A stretch of DNA of 64,000 nucleotides from Lama guanicoe. Taxonomy: Eukaryota. Below the pieces are notes generated by a model. The model was not told where the DNA came from. It searched no databases and was given only the letters and a program-made list of their open reading frames with translations. This document shows, in pieces, positions 12,103 through 24,364 of the stretch; the stretch's first letter is position 1; every line of letters begins with the position of its first letter. A program made the translations under genes and the position numbers. The DNA lies in contig MU053304.1 in NCBI GenBank assembly GCA_013239625.1, positions 744,001-808,000 of the forward strand, read 5' to 3'.

Positions 12103-15100
12103 ACACTGGATAACTGGCTCATTTACAGAAACTGGCTCTTGTATATGGCAGAGTCAGGACCCCAACAAGGCTCCCTGATTCTAAGATGGGTGATGTTCGG
12201 CTAAGTCCAAATGCCTCTTCAGTCTAGAAATTCATGAGGTCCACAGGCTACCTGGTCCCAGTGCCTCAAAGCTCAGTTCAAAGTACAGGAATGCCAAGGC
12301 CTGTCAATGACTCACTGAATTCACTTGGCTGTTTTATTGCTGATTGTGATGCAGGAAATGGGCACCTTGAGTGATTACTTAATGCAGCAGGAGTGATAAT
12401 GTCACTTTTCACTTTATACCTTCTAACAGCTTCCCTCCTCTCTCAGAATAAAAGCTAATGTCTTCCTCAAGGCTTTGGGTGATCTGACCTTAGCTACGTT
12501 CTCTGACCCCATATCCTATTCCCTCCCCCATTTCTCCTTGTGCCTGGAACACTCCAAATAGTCTACCTTGGGGCCTTGATATTTGCTGTTCCCAGTGTCT
12601 ACCACGGGACTCGCTCCCTCGTGCCCTTCCTACTTCTATTGTTCTTTAGGGCACTTACCCCATTTGACATATTATATTTCTATTTGCTTGTTTGTTTGAG
12701 GTCTGCTTTCTCCCACTCAAGCATCTATTTTGCTTACTGCTGTATGCCTGATCGTGGCTGGTAATGGAACATAAGTAGGTCAGGCAACTCCCCTCTACAC
12801 AAATCAAGTACAAAGTGTGACACATTTATTAAAAACAATCATTTCAGGACCCTGGAAACTGACCAATGGCAGGCAACAATTTGAGAGGTGTTTGCTTACT
12901 GGGGAAATACTACTGCAATTGGGCGAGAATGGTGCATTTATGACCTTCTTGGCTAGGGGAGTTCCTGTCTATTTCAGGCAGTGAAAACCCACAGCTTTCA
13001 CAGCTGTGGACTTGGTAGAGGGCAAGCAGCAGAGCAGCTAGAAGTTGAAGGGGGTGACCTGGAAGCAAGGGAGCCATAGAAGGACAAAGATAATAAAATC
13101 TCCAAGCATCCTTGACCAACTGCTAAACTACAGATGCACGCAGAAAACCCCAGGGAGCTCAGAGAAAATTAAAAGCTTGGGGAGACCCGCAAATTTTCTG
13201 TGTTTAATGCATTCCTCAGCCTACACATAACTCAAGTGAGGGAAGGTGGCCACTTCAGGTGTGTAAACACAACCTTTGCCTAAGTCTCTGATTGGCGCTT
13301 AAACTATGCAGGGAAGCCTCCGGGGCAGGGGAAATAATAAACAGAGACACCTGGCTAAGTGTCACAGGGCAGACAGATTTCACAGTTAGAGACCAGGCAA
13401 GTTAACTGCTTCACTAAAAGAAACAAAACAATAACACTCAGGAGAGCAAAATGTGATCCAGAATCATTACGGCATATTATCTGCGATGCCTAGTTTTCAA
13501 CCAAGGCATTACCAGACCTGGCCAAGAAATAGCAAAATGTGCCTTGCCCTCGCGAAAGGTCAGGTAGCCAACAGAACTAACTTTGAGTGGGCCCAGGTGT
13601 TGGATTTAGCAGAAAAAGACTTCAAAACAGCTTCTATGAAAATGTTTAAAGAATTAAAGGAAAATGTGCTTAAGAGTTAAAGAAAAATACACTAAAAATG
13701 GATGAAAAACAGGAAATCTTGACAGAGAAGTGGACACTGTAAAAAGGAACCAAATGGGAATTCTGGAGCTGAAAAGTGTAACTGAAGTGAAAAATTCAGT
13801 GGATGGGCTCATGAGCTGACATGAACTGGCAGAAAGAGCCAGTCAGCTGGGCGATGGGTCAACAGTAAGTATCTGGCTTGAAGGACAGACGGAAAAAACA
13901 TTGAAGAAAATGAAGAAAGTCTCAGAGATCTGTCAGATACTATCAAGTATTGTAATATGTGTAATTGGATTTCTGGGCAGAGAGGAAAGAGAGAAAGGGG
14001 CAGAAAAATACTTGAATAAATAATGGCTGAACACTTTCCAAATTTGGTGAAAAACTGTAATTTATAGACCCAAGAAGCTCGATAAATCCTAAAAAGGATA
14101 AATACTAAGAAAACTACACCCACACGCATTATAATCAAATTGCTGAGGGCCAAAATTGAAGAAAAAAGTCTTCAGTAGCAGCAAGGGCAAAACAATTCAG
14201 CACATCCAGGGAAGGGATGACAAAGGATACAGGTAACAGGTGGCTTCTCCCCAGAAACGAGGGAGCCAGGAGATGAAGAATGACATGCTCAAGGTGACAG
14301 GGAAAAACCTGTTGACCAAAAGGTCTATAGTCAGCGAAACTGTCCGTCAAAAGTGAAGCTGAAATAAAGACGATTCCAGATTTTAAAAACTGAATTTGTT
14401 GCTAACAGACTTGAATTAACCAGAAATGATAAAAGCAATGCTTCAGGAGAAAGAGAAAGGGCATCAGATAGTAACTTCACGGGAGGAGTGAAGAGCCCTG
14501 AAAATGGTAAATACGTGGGTGGATGTACAGATACACCCTTTCTCCGAATTTCTTTAAGAGGCTTATGACTATTCAAAGCAAAGACTTACAACACTAGGTT
14601 GACAATAAATATAGATGTAGTATATATGGCAACAAAAACACAAAAGAGGAACAGAAATGGAGACTTAACTGGTGCAAAGTTCTTCTGTTTTACCAGAAGT
14701 AAGGCAGAAGAAGACTGTGATAAGTACAAGATGCACCTTGTAATCACTAGAACCAATTTAGAAAGAAAAAGGCAAATATACAAAAAAGCTAATTAAGCTG
14801 GTATACCAAAAAAATTGTTTAATACACAATCAGGTAATACATATATTTGTTTAATACAAAGGAAGTCAGGAAAAACAGAGGGACAAAGAGACAATTTAAA
14901 TAGAAAACAGCAAATAGCAGACTTAAAACCAACCATGCCAATAATCACGTTAAACGTGAATAAGTATTAAGTAAAACAATTTTGAAAAAGAAGAACAAAG
15001 TTGGTGGACTCATATTTGAAAACATATTATAAAGCTACAATAATTAAGATCATGTGGTACTAGCACCAAGACAGGCATAGAGACCAAGTGAACAGAAATG

Positions 15101-15366
15101 AGAGTCCAGAAATAAATACTTACATTTATGGTCAATTTTTTTAGAGAGGCTCAATTTGACGAAGTGATTCAATAGGTCAAAGCATAGTCTCTTCAACAAA
15201 CGGTACTGGGATTGGGTGTTCACATACAAAATGATAAAATTCAGAACTTTACCTTGTACTATCCACAAAAATTAACTACAAGTGGTCCTAGATCTAAACA
15301 TAAAAGCTAAAGTTATAAAACTCTTACAAAAACACAGGAGAAAATCTTTGCAATTTTGGTTTAGGC

Positions 15367-15589
15367 CAATGGTTTTCAACTGAAGGTGATTTTTGCCTCC
15401 TAGAGGATATTTAGCAGTGTCTGGAAATATTTCCGGTTGTCACAGCTTTGGAGCGGGGTAAATAACCCTGGAGCCAAATGTGTAGAGGCCAGGGCGGCTG
15501 TTAAATGTCATACAACACAAAGGACAGCCCCCACAACAAAGAATTATCTGGCCCAAAATGTCAATAGTGCTTAAAGTTGGTAAACTTTG
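15367..15589 (+). mobile_element. MER20 (hAT-Charlie non-autonomous DNA transposon)
   Basis: Matches the recalled consensus ...caacaaagaattatctggcccaaaatgtcaatagtgc; terminal inverted repeats are degenerate. Confidence 0.85.
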
Positions 15590-15887
15590 GGTCGGGCAGA
15601 GTTCAACAAAAACACATACCATAAAAGGGGAAAAAAAAGATGATTAAGTTAGACTTCATCAAAATAAAAAACTTTTGTACTTCAAAAGATGCCATTAGGA
15701 AAATGAAAAGACAAGCCATACACCAGGAGAAAATATTTGCAGATCAGCTATTAGAAAAAGAACTCGTATCCAGAACATACAAAGAACTCTCACAACTCAA
15801 TAATACAAAGACAAAGAGCCCAATTTTAAAAATGGGAAAACTATTTGAATAGACATTTCACCAAATATATGATATGCAAATGGCTTG

Positions 15888-16299
15888 TGTTACGGGTTGA
15901 ACTGTGTCTCCCAAAAAAGGTATGTGTAAGTCCCAACCCTCCAATACCTCACAACGTGACCTTAATTGGAGGTAGGTTGTTGCAGATGTAATTAGTTAAG
16001 ACGAGGTCATACTGGAGTAGGGTAGGCCCTTAATCCAATGTGACTGTTGTCCTTAGAAGATGACACAAAGACCCACGAGGTGAGAAGCACCTGCAAGCCA
16101 AGAGATGCCAAGGACTTCCAGCTACACTGTGGACAAAGGCATGGAACAGATTCTCCCCTGGAGCCTTGAGAAAGTGTGGCCCTGCTGACAACTTAATTTC
16201 AGGTTTTTAGCTTCCAGAACTGAGAGACAATACAGTTCCGTTGTTTTAAGTCACCCCATTTGTAGTACTTTGTTTTCCCAGCCACAGGAAACTAATACA
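15888..16299 (+). mobile_element. MLT1 (MaLR) solo LTR, MLT1C-like
   Basis: TGTTACGGGTTGAACTGTGTC...GGAAACTAATACA; 5-bp TSD GCTTG/GCTAG. Confidence 0.85.
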
Positions 16300-17789
16300 G
16301 CTAGTCAGCACATGAAAAGATGCTCAACATCATTAGTTATTAGGGAAATATAAATTGAAAACACAATGTAACAGCACTGCACACCCACGATGACTATAAT
16401 TAAAACAACAGAAAATAGTAAACATTGTCAAGGATGTGGAGAAATTGGAACTCTTATACTTTGGCTGGTAGGAATATAAAAACGAGCACAGCCGCTTTGG
16501 AAAACACTTGGTCCATTCCTTTAAAAGTGAAACGTAAATTTGCCATACAACTCAGGAATTTCCACTTTTGGGTAACTACCCGAGAGAAATGAAAACACAT
16601 GACCACACAAAGACTTAGACACAAATGTTCGTGGTAGCATTATTTGTAACGGCCCCCAAAATGGAAACATGTAAATGTCTATCCACCAGTTAACGGATAA
16701 ACAAAAAGCGCACACCCATGCAGTGGAATACTATTCAACAACAACGAAAAAGAACGACTTCTTTCTTCTATATGGCTAAACCTCAAAAATACCATACTAA
16801 GTGAAAGCCACCAGACGCAAAAGACTACATGTTACATGAAGTGTCCAGAAAAGGCAAATCTACAGAGGCAGGAAGCAGATTAGTAGTTCCCGGGGTGGGA
16901 GAGGGAAAGTGGACAGGGATTCACTACAAAAGGGCCTAAGGGACATTTTGGGGGTGGGCGGTGCAAATGTTCTGGAATTGAGCTGTGGGGATAGTGGTGC
17001 AACTCCGTAAATTTATTAAAAATCATAAAATTGTGTACTTAAAAGATGAATTTCAATGGTATGTAAATTATACTTCGATAAAACTATTTACAAATATGAA
17101 TGCAGTAAATAAACGCTCCAATCAAAGGCAGGTTGTCAGACTGGACAACGCATAGTGATAAAGAAGTCAGCACTGGAGGACGACATAACAATTACAAATA
17201 CATATTCTTAAAACAAAAGAACTCCTCACTGGATGGAACAAAACTGACAGAACTGAAAGGAAAAACAGGCACGTCTACAATCGCGGTTGGAGATGTCCAT
17301 GTTCCTCTCTCAGTGACCAACAGTATAAGCAGCCAGAAAAACCAGTAAGGCTATAGAGCAGTCCTTGGCATAAAATAGGTGCTTGATAAATATTTGTTAA
17401 CTAGATGAATTCTCATCAAGTCAGTTTTTGTAAGATTCCCAGAACTTGATCAACTTGAGTGAAGCAAGAAGACACAAAAAGCCACCACTGACTGAACCAT
17501 GCACAGCAGGCCCCCTGCCCAGACTTAGCACAGATACTCCACTTGCCCCTTACAACATAACTCTGGCTGGTAGAAAAAGGTAAGATTTCTGAAATTAAGA
17601 GCTGAGGGTAAACCCTGATAAGGCGAGTGCAGTATGAGACTCAGGCTGAAATAGGCAGTTGGCTTTTCCAATCTGGTAAGGTTTAGACTGTAATAAATGT
17701 CAATTTAGATTTCTAGAACTCTGACTTTAATTTGAAAGAATTTTCTGAGTTTACTGTGAATTTTTATGTGTATATGGGAAACCACAGAG

Positions 17790-18200
17790 TTACTGGTCTG
17801 TGTGAATCCTACCCTTCTCATCTGGATCATTACAAAGGTCATGGCCAAGAGGAGAAGGTCCCATCCCGGGGACAGCCACATTCAGCAACAGAACTTCCAT
17901 ACTGAGGTACGTGGACCCAGGAGGGAGAGCCAGAAATCTCTCTGAGTTAATTTTTGAGGAGGCTATTTTAGCCCACAATAGCACCACATGCTTGTGGATG
18001 ATGGGAGCACGGAAGGACCACCCAATGTCTAGACTCTCAGCCCATTGTTGAGTGGCTTTTGAGATAAAAGGTGCACCATGGTTAGACTTTGTAGACAAAG
18101 GCTATCTTAAAATGGTTTGGTTAGACTTTGTAGACAAAGGCTATCTTAAAATGGTTTGTTGTAAGAGAATCTCACTATGGTGGGCTGTTTAACAGACACC
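17790..18200 (-). mobile_element. ERVL/Gypsy-like integrase remnant
   Basis: ORF 17790..18098 contains SNHGAPFISKATQQWAESLDIGWSFRAP, resembling the retroviral integrase core SD(N/Q)GxxFxxxxxQxWAxxxxIxWxFHxP; frameshifted downstream. Confidence 0.65.
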
Positions 18201-19803
18201 CACTCCTCCCGTCCCAGCAAGCACACTCTTTCAAGAGGCCTAGTGGCCTTTTCCTTCTTAGAACTCGGCAACAACCGTGCTGTGAAGACGCTCAGCAAAC
18301 TCACTGGAGAAGGGCAGGCCCCGCTGCCAGTGGGTGAGTGAGGCCACCTAGGCCTTTCCCGCCCAGCTGGTCTCCAGCCAAATGCAGCCACAGGGAGGAG
18401 TCCAGGTGAAACCAGAGATGTCAATACACAGAATCTGCCCAGTCAATACACAGAATCAGGAGGAAAGGACTGTTGCTTTTTTAAGCCACTAAGATTTGGG
18501 GCAGTTTCAACTGTTAGCAAAAGCTAACTGGTACTGCCAAATATAACACTGAGCAAACAAGCCAGATTCAGAGTGCATCACGCTGCATGATTCCATTTAT
18601 AGGAACGTCAACAACAGAGCGAGAACTTGCCGGGGGCTTCTGAGACGCAGACACTAATGAGCCGGATGGTGGTTACATAGGCGTGTGCATTTGGATGAGG
18701 GGCTTCTGCCTGAGTACCTTCTTCTGGGGGAATTCTCTGCAGAGAGATACTATCAGCGCTCCTGTGAGCATTTACCCAGTCAGGATCCCTGCCCAACCAC
18801 CAGCGTGTGCCACCTGGTGGGGGAGCCCTGGGGAACAGAGCTGACACTCCCTGCCTTAGTGGCACTTACAGCTCACGGGCGGAGAATAAAAGGCAGTGCA
18901 CATAAAGAGCCCCTAAAAAAAGATGAGTCCATCATGAAAGGTGATATCAAAATAAATGCCAAAAAGTAGCACACAATCGACTGCAACATGAGTTGCATAA
19001 TTAATTTCCTGTAGCGTGTCTCCCACACACTGCACAGCAATGTTAACTGTCACTTCGCTTCTGTTTTTTGCTATTTCAAGTAAACTCATTTAGCTTTTCC
19101 CTTTAAAGATCTGACTTACATCTATTTGTCTACTGTTAGCAGCAGGTCATAGCTTAGGGGGAACACACCATGCCTAACAACTGTTTAACAAATGTCCGTC
19201 CATTTCGTAGATCTTATCATTCTACAAAACTGAATATGGTGCATTGCTCATTTTGCTGATACTAACAGAAAACTGCTTCAATTTCTATGCTTTACATAAC
19301 AGACATATTCAGTATTTTATATAACATACGTGGCACACACAATTTAGATACAAACTGATTCGAGTCAAACAGACCCCGAGCCCTTACAACCAAGTGACAG
19401 TGATACAAACAAGGGCCTCACTGACCACCTGGAGCACCAATGTCTAGAATCCTGAAGTTGGAAGGGATGGCACGCCATGCACTATTTTCTCTCCAGTCAT
19501 ATTCCGAAGCCTGACACTGAATGTTTCATCTTTGAATGCCAAGTGATAGTGATTTGATTGGTTAAGTAGAAACACGTTTATTTATTAAACAAAACTTGTA
19601 AAAATGAAATGATGTAGAATGCACTTAAGTATAAGAATTTATCAAATAGGTCAAAATTAGAAATATACATGCCTCACTACGTAAAATATACTATTATTCC
19701 AAAAATTTGTGATATGGGAAAAAGCCATGCAGTGCTGCAGTATTTGTAAAAAATTAGATAAGAGAAAAAAAGTTTACTGGGGAGCACTGGTTCACCGTTT
19801 CTG

Positions 19804-19955
19804 CATCTGTTTCCATGGAAACAGATGTTGGACACATAGGGTTTATAAATGCCTCGGAATCACGAGGTGTCTAAGAGGCCTCACCTTGTTTTGAGCCATC
19901 TGATGTCTATTTCCATGGAAACCAGAGTGGAAATGAGGGCAGTAGCCATGAGTCA
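19804..19955. promoter_or_regulatory. Candidate RFX X-box pair plus AP-1 motif
   Basis: GTTTCCATGGAAAC (19809-19822) inside a 24-bp palindrome, ATTTCCATGGAAAC (19909-19922) and TGAGTCA (19949-19955). Motif evidence only. Confidence 0.45.
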
Positions 19956-20699
19956 GCCTTTGACTGGTTCATTCCCGCCAAGGTATGAGAGCATAGGAGC
20001 CGTGTTAGAGAAACAAACGAATTTAGAACCAGAAAAAGAGCAAAAGTCTTAATTGGAGAACACTGGTTTCTTTATTGACTTGGTTAAATAATGGAAAGAC
20101 CCTGCAAGAAACACAGACATAAAACAGACGTTTCTTGGCTAATTAGGTAACGAATTAAACCGGTGTCCATGCATTGCCAAGTGAGCTGACCACACGGGGT
20201 GGCAACATGAATCAGAGGAGATTCACGGAGAGCAGCGTGCTGTTGGTTCTTTGAATGCGTGCTCTGAAGCAGCTTCAGGCGGTCAACCACCTCACAGGTT
20301 GTGCATAAAGGTGGCCAAAGAGAAAGGAGGTCGTGGCCCAAGCACTCAACGTGTCTCTGTCTGTGAATGCAAGGTCACGCAAAGGGAGCCTGGTCAGAAA
20401 CTGACTGGATCCCTGCCCCATCATTTTCTGTTCCAGCGAGATAACAGCATGTGCCCCCACATAAAATCAAGTTTCCCCTGCATATGATACACACCCCTCA
20501 CCAAGCCTGTGTTTCCGATTTTTGTTAAAGGCATCACCACCCTCCTACCCTCCCAGCCTTCAGTTCCTACTGCCATGCCCTGTTAGCGACCAATCCCTGC
20601 TATTTCCACCTGCAAGAGCACGCTCTGCAGAATACCTCCCAGCCGTGGGCCAAGTTCAGCACCACTCCCCCTGGAGCCTGCAGCAGAGGGAAGGCAAGC

Positions 20700-20925
20700 A
20701 CAGACTGTCACACGAGCCTGGCTGTAAATTTCAGTTCCACCAATTACTGCCCGTGTAACCATGAGCAAATTTCTGAACCTCTCTGAAGTTTGGTTTCCTC
20801 ATTTAATAAATAGGGCTAATAATAGTACCTACTTGACAGAGGGGCCATGAAGACTAAGTTGAAGAAAGCTTGTAAAGCTCTTGGCCCAGCCCTGCACACA
20901 GTTAGCGCCCAAAAGATACTGGCTG
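20700..20925 (+). mobile_element. MIR SINE
   Basis: tgtaaccatgagcaaatttctgaacctctctg...tttcctcat...aataatagtacctac core. Confidence 0.7.
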
Positions 20926-21069
20926 TTAAGTATTCTAAGTGTTCTGGATCTCCAGTTAATTTGAACACAGACGTCTATAGCTTACAATCTTCCTATAGCG
21001 CGGCTCTGTTCACATCCCTCCCGGGCTCACAAATATTCAGGGCTTTACAAATACTCCACTTTATGTAGT

Positions 21070-23101
21070 CTGGCTCCTAAGGAAGTGGATTTTGTCTAAG
21101 TAAATGGATTTTGTTGTTAAGAGTAAGCTGGTACAAGACAAGGGTTTGGTCCTCTCTCTAGGTTAAGAGGGCAAAGTCCCTTGGAGTGCTACTTTTGATA
21201 ACAGATTGTGTGAGTTTCTGTGCCTTTAATTTGTATCTGGTTTTTTTTTTGAATCATTTGTCACTTTGGTTGAGTAAATAACTATTGTTTCACAGTGACC
21301 TCAAGTGTTTTAAAATTTTTTTGCTATTTTAACACTTCCCAAATATCAAATTCTAACTAAAGTTCTTAACCTCCAGCTAACTCTGGGATTCTTGCTTCAA
21401 AGGGACCCTGAGATATCTCAAAGAGGAATGTTAAACTAATTAGACTTATTTGGTTTGCTAAATTACTTAAAAATACATTGTCAAGTGATTAAAGATGAAC
21501 CTTAGGTTATATGTAGAGATAAAGGTAATAAATATAGATACTCCAAAATTTGTATGGAATTCCTAAAAATCTGATATGTCCCGGTTTCAGTCATAATTCT
21601 AATTATTATCTTAAAATGTATGTCACAGAAATATCCTAGTTGTTTGTCAACTGTATTGCAATCAAGTCTTTAACCATGCCATTTTAAGTCTTGTCATTTA
21701 TAAAGAATCATTGTTTTATTCTGATGCTTTTATAAAATGAAGATCTTTGGGAAGAAGATTCATAAAAAGGGACTTACCTTTTATACAAATATGTCTCTGA
21801 TAACCTTTAGCTCATACCACTGAACTGGGTAAATTATGAAACTCTAATGGAAAACCTGATGACTTCATTTAGATAAAAGGAATTAATTACATGGGACTGA
21901 GTGAACTGATAAATGTTGATAACCTTATGACTTTTTGAGAACCATTCTGGCCTTTAATCTTTTATTTTTGAGGAAACCTTTCCTCTTATGCTATGACCTA
22001 TAAGTTGATAAAGTATGCCTTGGTAAACAAGGATGAAACATTTATCTTTTTCTCTCTACCTGATCCTTCCAGAATTTAACTTCTCCAGCTGGCTCTCCTC
22101 TGGACCTGACGGTTAGTGCAACTAGATTACAACTAGTTATACTAATCATTGGTTTAATTTGTTCTTTGTTTCCAAATTGTTACACTTCGTATGACTTTAT
22201 TAAATGTTACTAGCTGTATTACTTATATTCTGTCTATTTTGTAAGAGTTTTGTCTCTTACATTACCCAATAAGTAACCAGGTTTTCAACAAAATTGATGA
22301 TGGCTAGACACCTTGAGGAAATAGATCACATTTATAACTCTACATAGAATAACTGCAATAGTGTGATTCTATGTATGGGAAGAAGCAATGATGGAAAACA
22401 CTTCCTGAATCATAACAGACTCGTAAGACAGGTGACCCAGAGAAATTTTTTTGTTATCAACAGGGTCTGATCTAAAAATTAGCACCTTGAGTGGCATGTC
22501 AACAGTATTTTCACCTGATCTAGGAATGAGCCTACTGAGCACCATGGGACAAAACTGGTCATGAAATGTCTCCCAAAATATTGGTCAAATTTAGGACCAA
22601 AGGGGAGCACTGTGAATGAAAAAAACTGCCAGCCACATCAGTAAACAAAGGATGCTGTGGCCATCAAGTTATCAGCTGCTACCGCCACCCTGACAGTGAA
22701 CAGAGGGAGCTCAGGATGTGGACAAGCATGCAGCCTGGGCTCTGCTGCCACACCCAAGGGGATTCAGGATGTGAAAGAACAGGATACAGGCCCTAGATAG
22801 CCAGGTGCATATCAAAGGAGTGATTTCAATGAGCCCAGACCTTTGCACCTTCCCATACATAGAAAAGCACTAAATTCCTTAACTTGAGGTATTTGGTTTT
22901 CTTTAATTAACAATATTTTAATGTTCTAACTAACTGGTCTTTGTTGCAAAAAAAAAAGCTCCCATATATCCTGGCCCCTCCCTTGCCTCCAGGGAACAGT
23001 CTCTTAGAGCCATATGAGGCTGCCTCCCAGGCTTGAGTCCTCAGAAAGTCCACTGAATAAAACACATCTCTCAACTTTTAGGTTGTGCATTTTAGTCAAC
23101 A
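21070..23101 (+). mobile_element. ERV1-type (MER4-group-like) internal region plus 3' LTR (22611-23101); no 5' LTR seen
   Basis: AT-rich non-coding internal sequence, polypurine tract AAAGGGGAG just before TGTGAA, and an LTR ending GTCAACA with AATAAA; same family as the elements at 1869 and 9656. Confidence 0.8.
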
Positions 23102-23452
23102 TTTGGAATCTAACAGCTCTAACACCTCTCTTATTCACTATGTTTCTGCCTCTTGTTTTTAAATAAATAAAAGCTTCTTTTGAAAGACTTTAGCCTTTAT
23201 CAGTTGGGGTGAATACTTAAGGGAGCAACATGAACCTAACGACAGATGACCAGGTGTGATGATGGCAGGACCTGTCCCAGCCCTGGAACTCAGGCGGCAG
23301 CGATGGTGGGTTGAAGGAAGTAGGGGAAATAGCAGGGAAGGTTGGAAGCCACACAAGGTCCCTGGAGCTCCTGTGTCCTTGGAGAGCCCATTTCGGGGAG
23401 AAGAGGGAGATGAGGCTAGAAAGTTTGGTGGGACCAGGCTGTGGAAACCTCG

Positions 23453-23942
23453 TGTATTAACCATGTCTTTTATTTTCTCTATTCTGATGCTTTGACACCT
23501 GCGGCCTTGCTGACCATGGAAGGACTGGCCAGTCCCTGGAGATGATAAACAACTCCTGCAAATGCAAACCAACCAATCTAGAGTCCACACCCCAACCATC
23601 TCCCGCATTGGGCTCTCACACTCTGGGCCATTGTCCACCTGCCCTAATCACCCTAGGGCCAAGTACCAGACAACCTGGGACAGGTCTTGGATCCCAAAGC
23701 CCAGTGAAATTGTTCAAACTAGTCAATCCTAAACCTGCCTTCCCTGCCGCATCTCGTCCTTCTTGTGGAAACCACAAGAAAGGCTCTTGGTCACACTTGC
23801 TTTCTCTCCCTCAGCCTCCTCCCCTCCAACATGTACCCTTCGGGGTGTGGTGTGTCCCCCATCTTGGGAACTGTGTGTAACTACCTTTTCAAAGACAGTC
23901 GTTTTCTGATCTGTTAGACTGAAGCTTAAATATTTCAAAACA
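23453..23942 (+). mobile_element. ERV1 LTR, MER39/MER34-like
   Basis: Start tgtattaaccatgtc...tctattctgatgctttgaca...gccttgctgacc resembles the recalled MER39 consensus. Confidence 0.6.
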
Positions 23943-24196
23943 CTCGAAGCTATCTACGGCTCATCTATGGCACCAAACTTCCACCAGAGCCAGGGAACAG
24001 GGGGACACCAGGCGCAGAAACACCAGTACTTAACGTGGCTTTCTGCAGCCAGGCACGGTGGGCCTGCAGCTGATGACAGTGGTGCTACTCATGACCATCA
24101 TCGTCATAATGGGAGCTAACATTCACCAAGGGCTTACAGTGTCCCAGTGCTTTGATATGATTCCTTAGTGATGTCAGAACATACTGGGAGTTTTAA

Positions 24197-24273
24197 GGGG
24201 AGGGTATAGCTCACATGGTAGAGTGCATGCTTAGCATGCATGAGGTCCTGGGCTTAAGCCCTGGTACCTCCTC

Positions 24274-24330
<57 letters not shown>

Positions 24331-24364
24331 ACCTAATTATCTCGCCCTCCACCCTCCCCAAAAA
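24197..24364 (+). mobile_element. vic-1-type SINE with expanded (TAAA)n microsatellite (about 24279-24330)
   Basis: tRNA-like head; flanking repeat AGAACA(T/C)ACTGGGA. Confidence 0.85.

Larger units (their letters stand above)
12770..17350 (+). mobile_element. Old L1 (L1M) mosaic: 5' UTR, ORF1 remnant, ORF2 pieces and 3' UTR, with nested elements
   Basis: ORF1-like text (KDFKTASMKMFKELKENV; acacgcattataatcaaattgctga), ORF2-like LDFIKIKNFCTSKDAIRKMKRQ, and an L1MB-like 3' UTR to about 17090. Confidence 0.75.

Noticed and set aside
11608..12113. L1 ORF2-like ORFs (also 43401-43913 and 178-1422) as functional reverse transcriptase genes
   Set aside because: They are short, frameshifted fragments of truncated elements.
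18079..18158. CRISPR-like direct repeats
   Set aside because: These are two adjacent copies without spacers in mammalian DNA, a simple tandem duplication.
23159..23938. Longer ORFs (159 aa and 112 aa) as novel genes
   Set aside because: They overlap an LTR, several frames are open at once, and no domain is recognisable.
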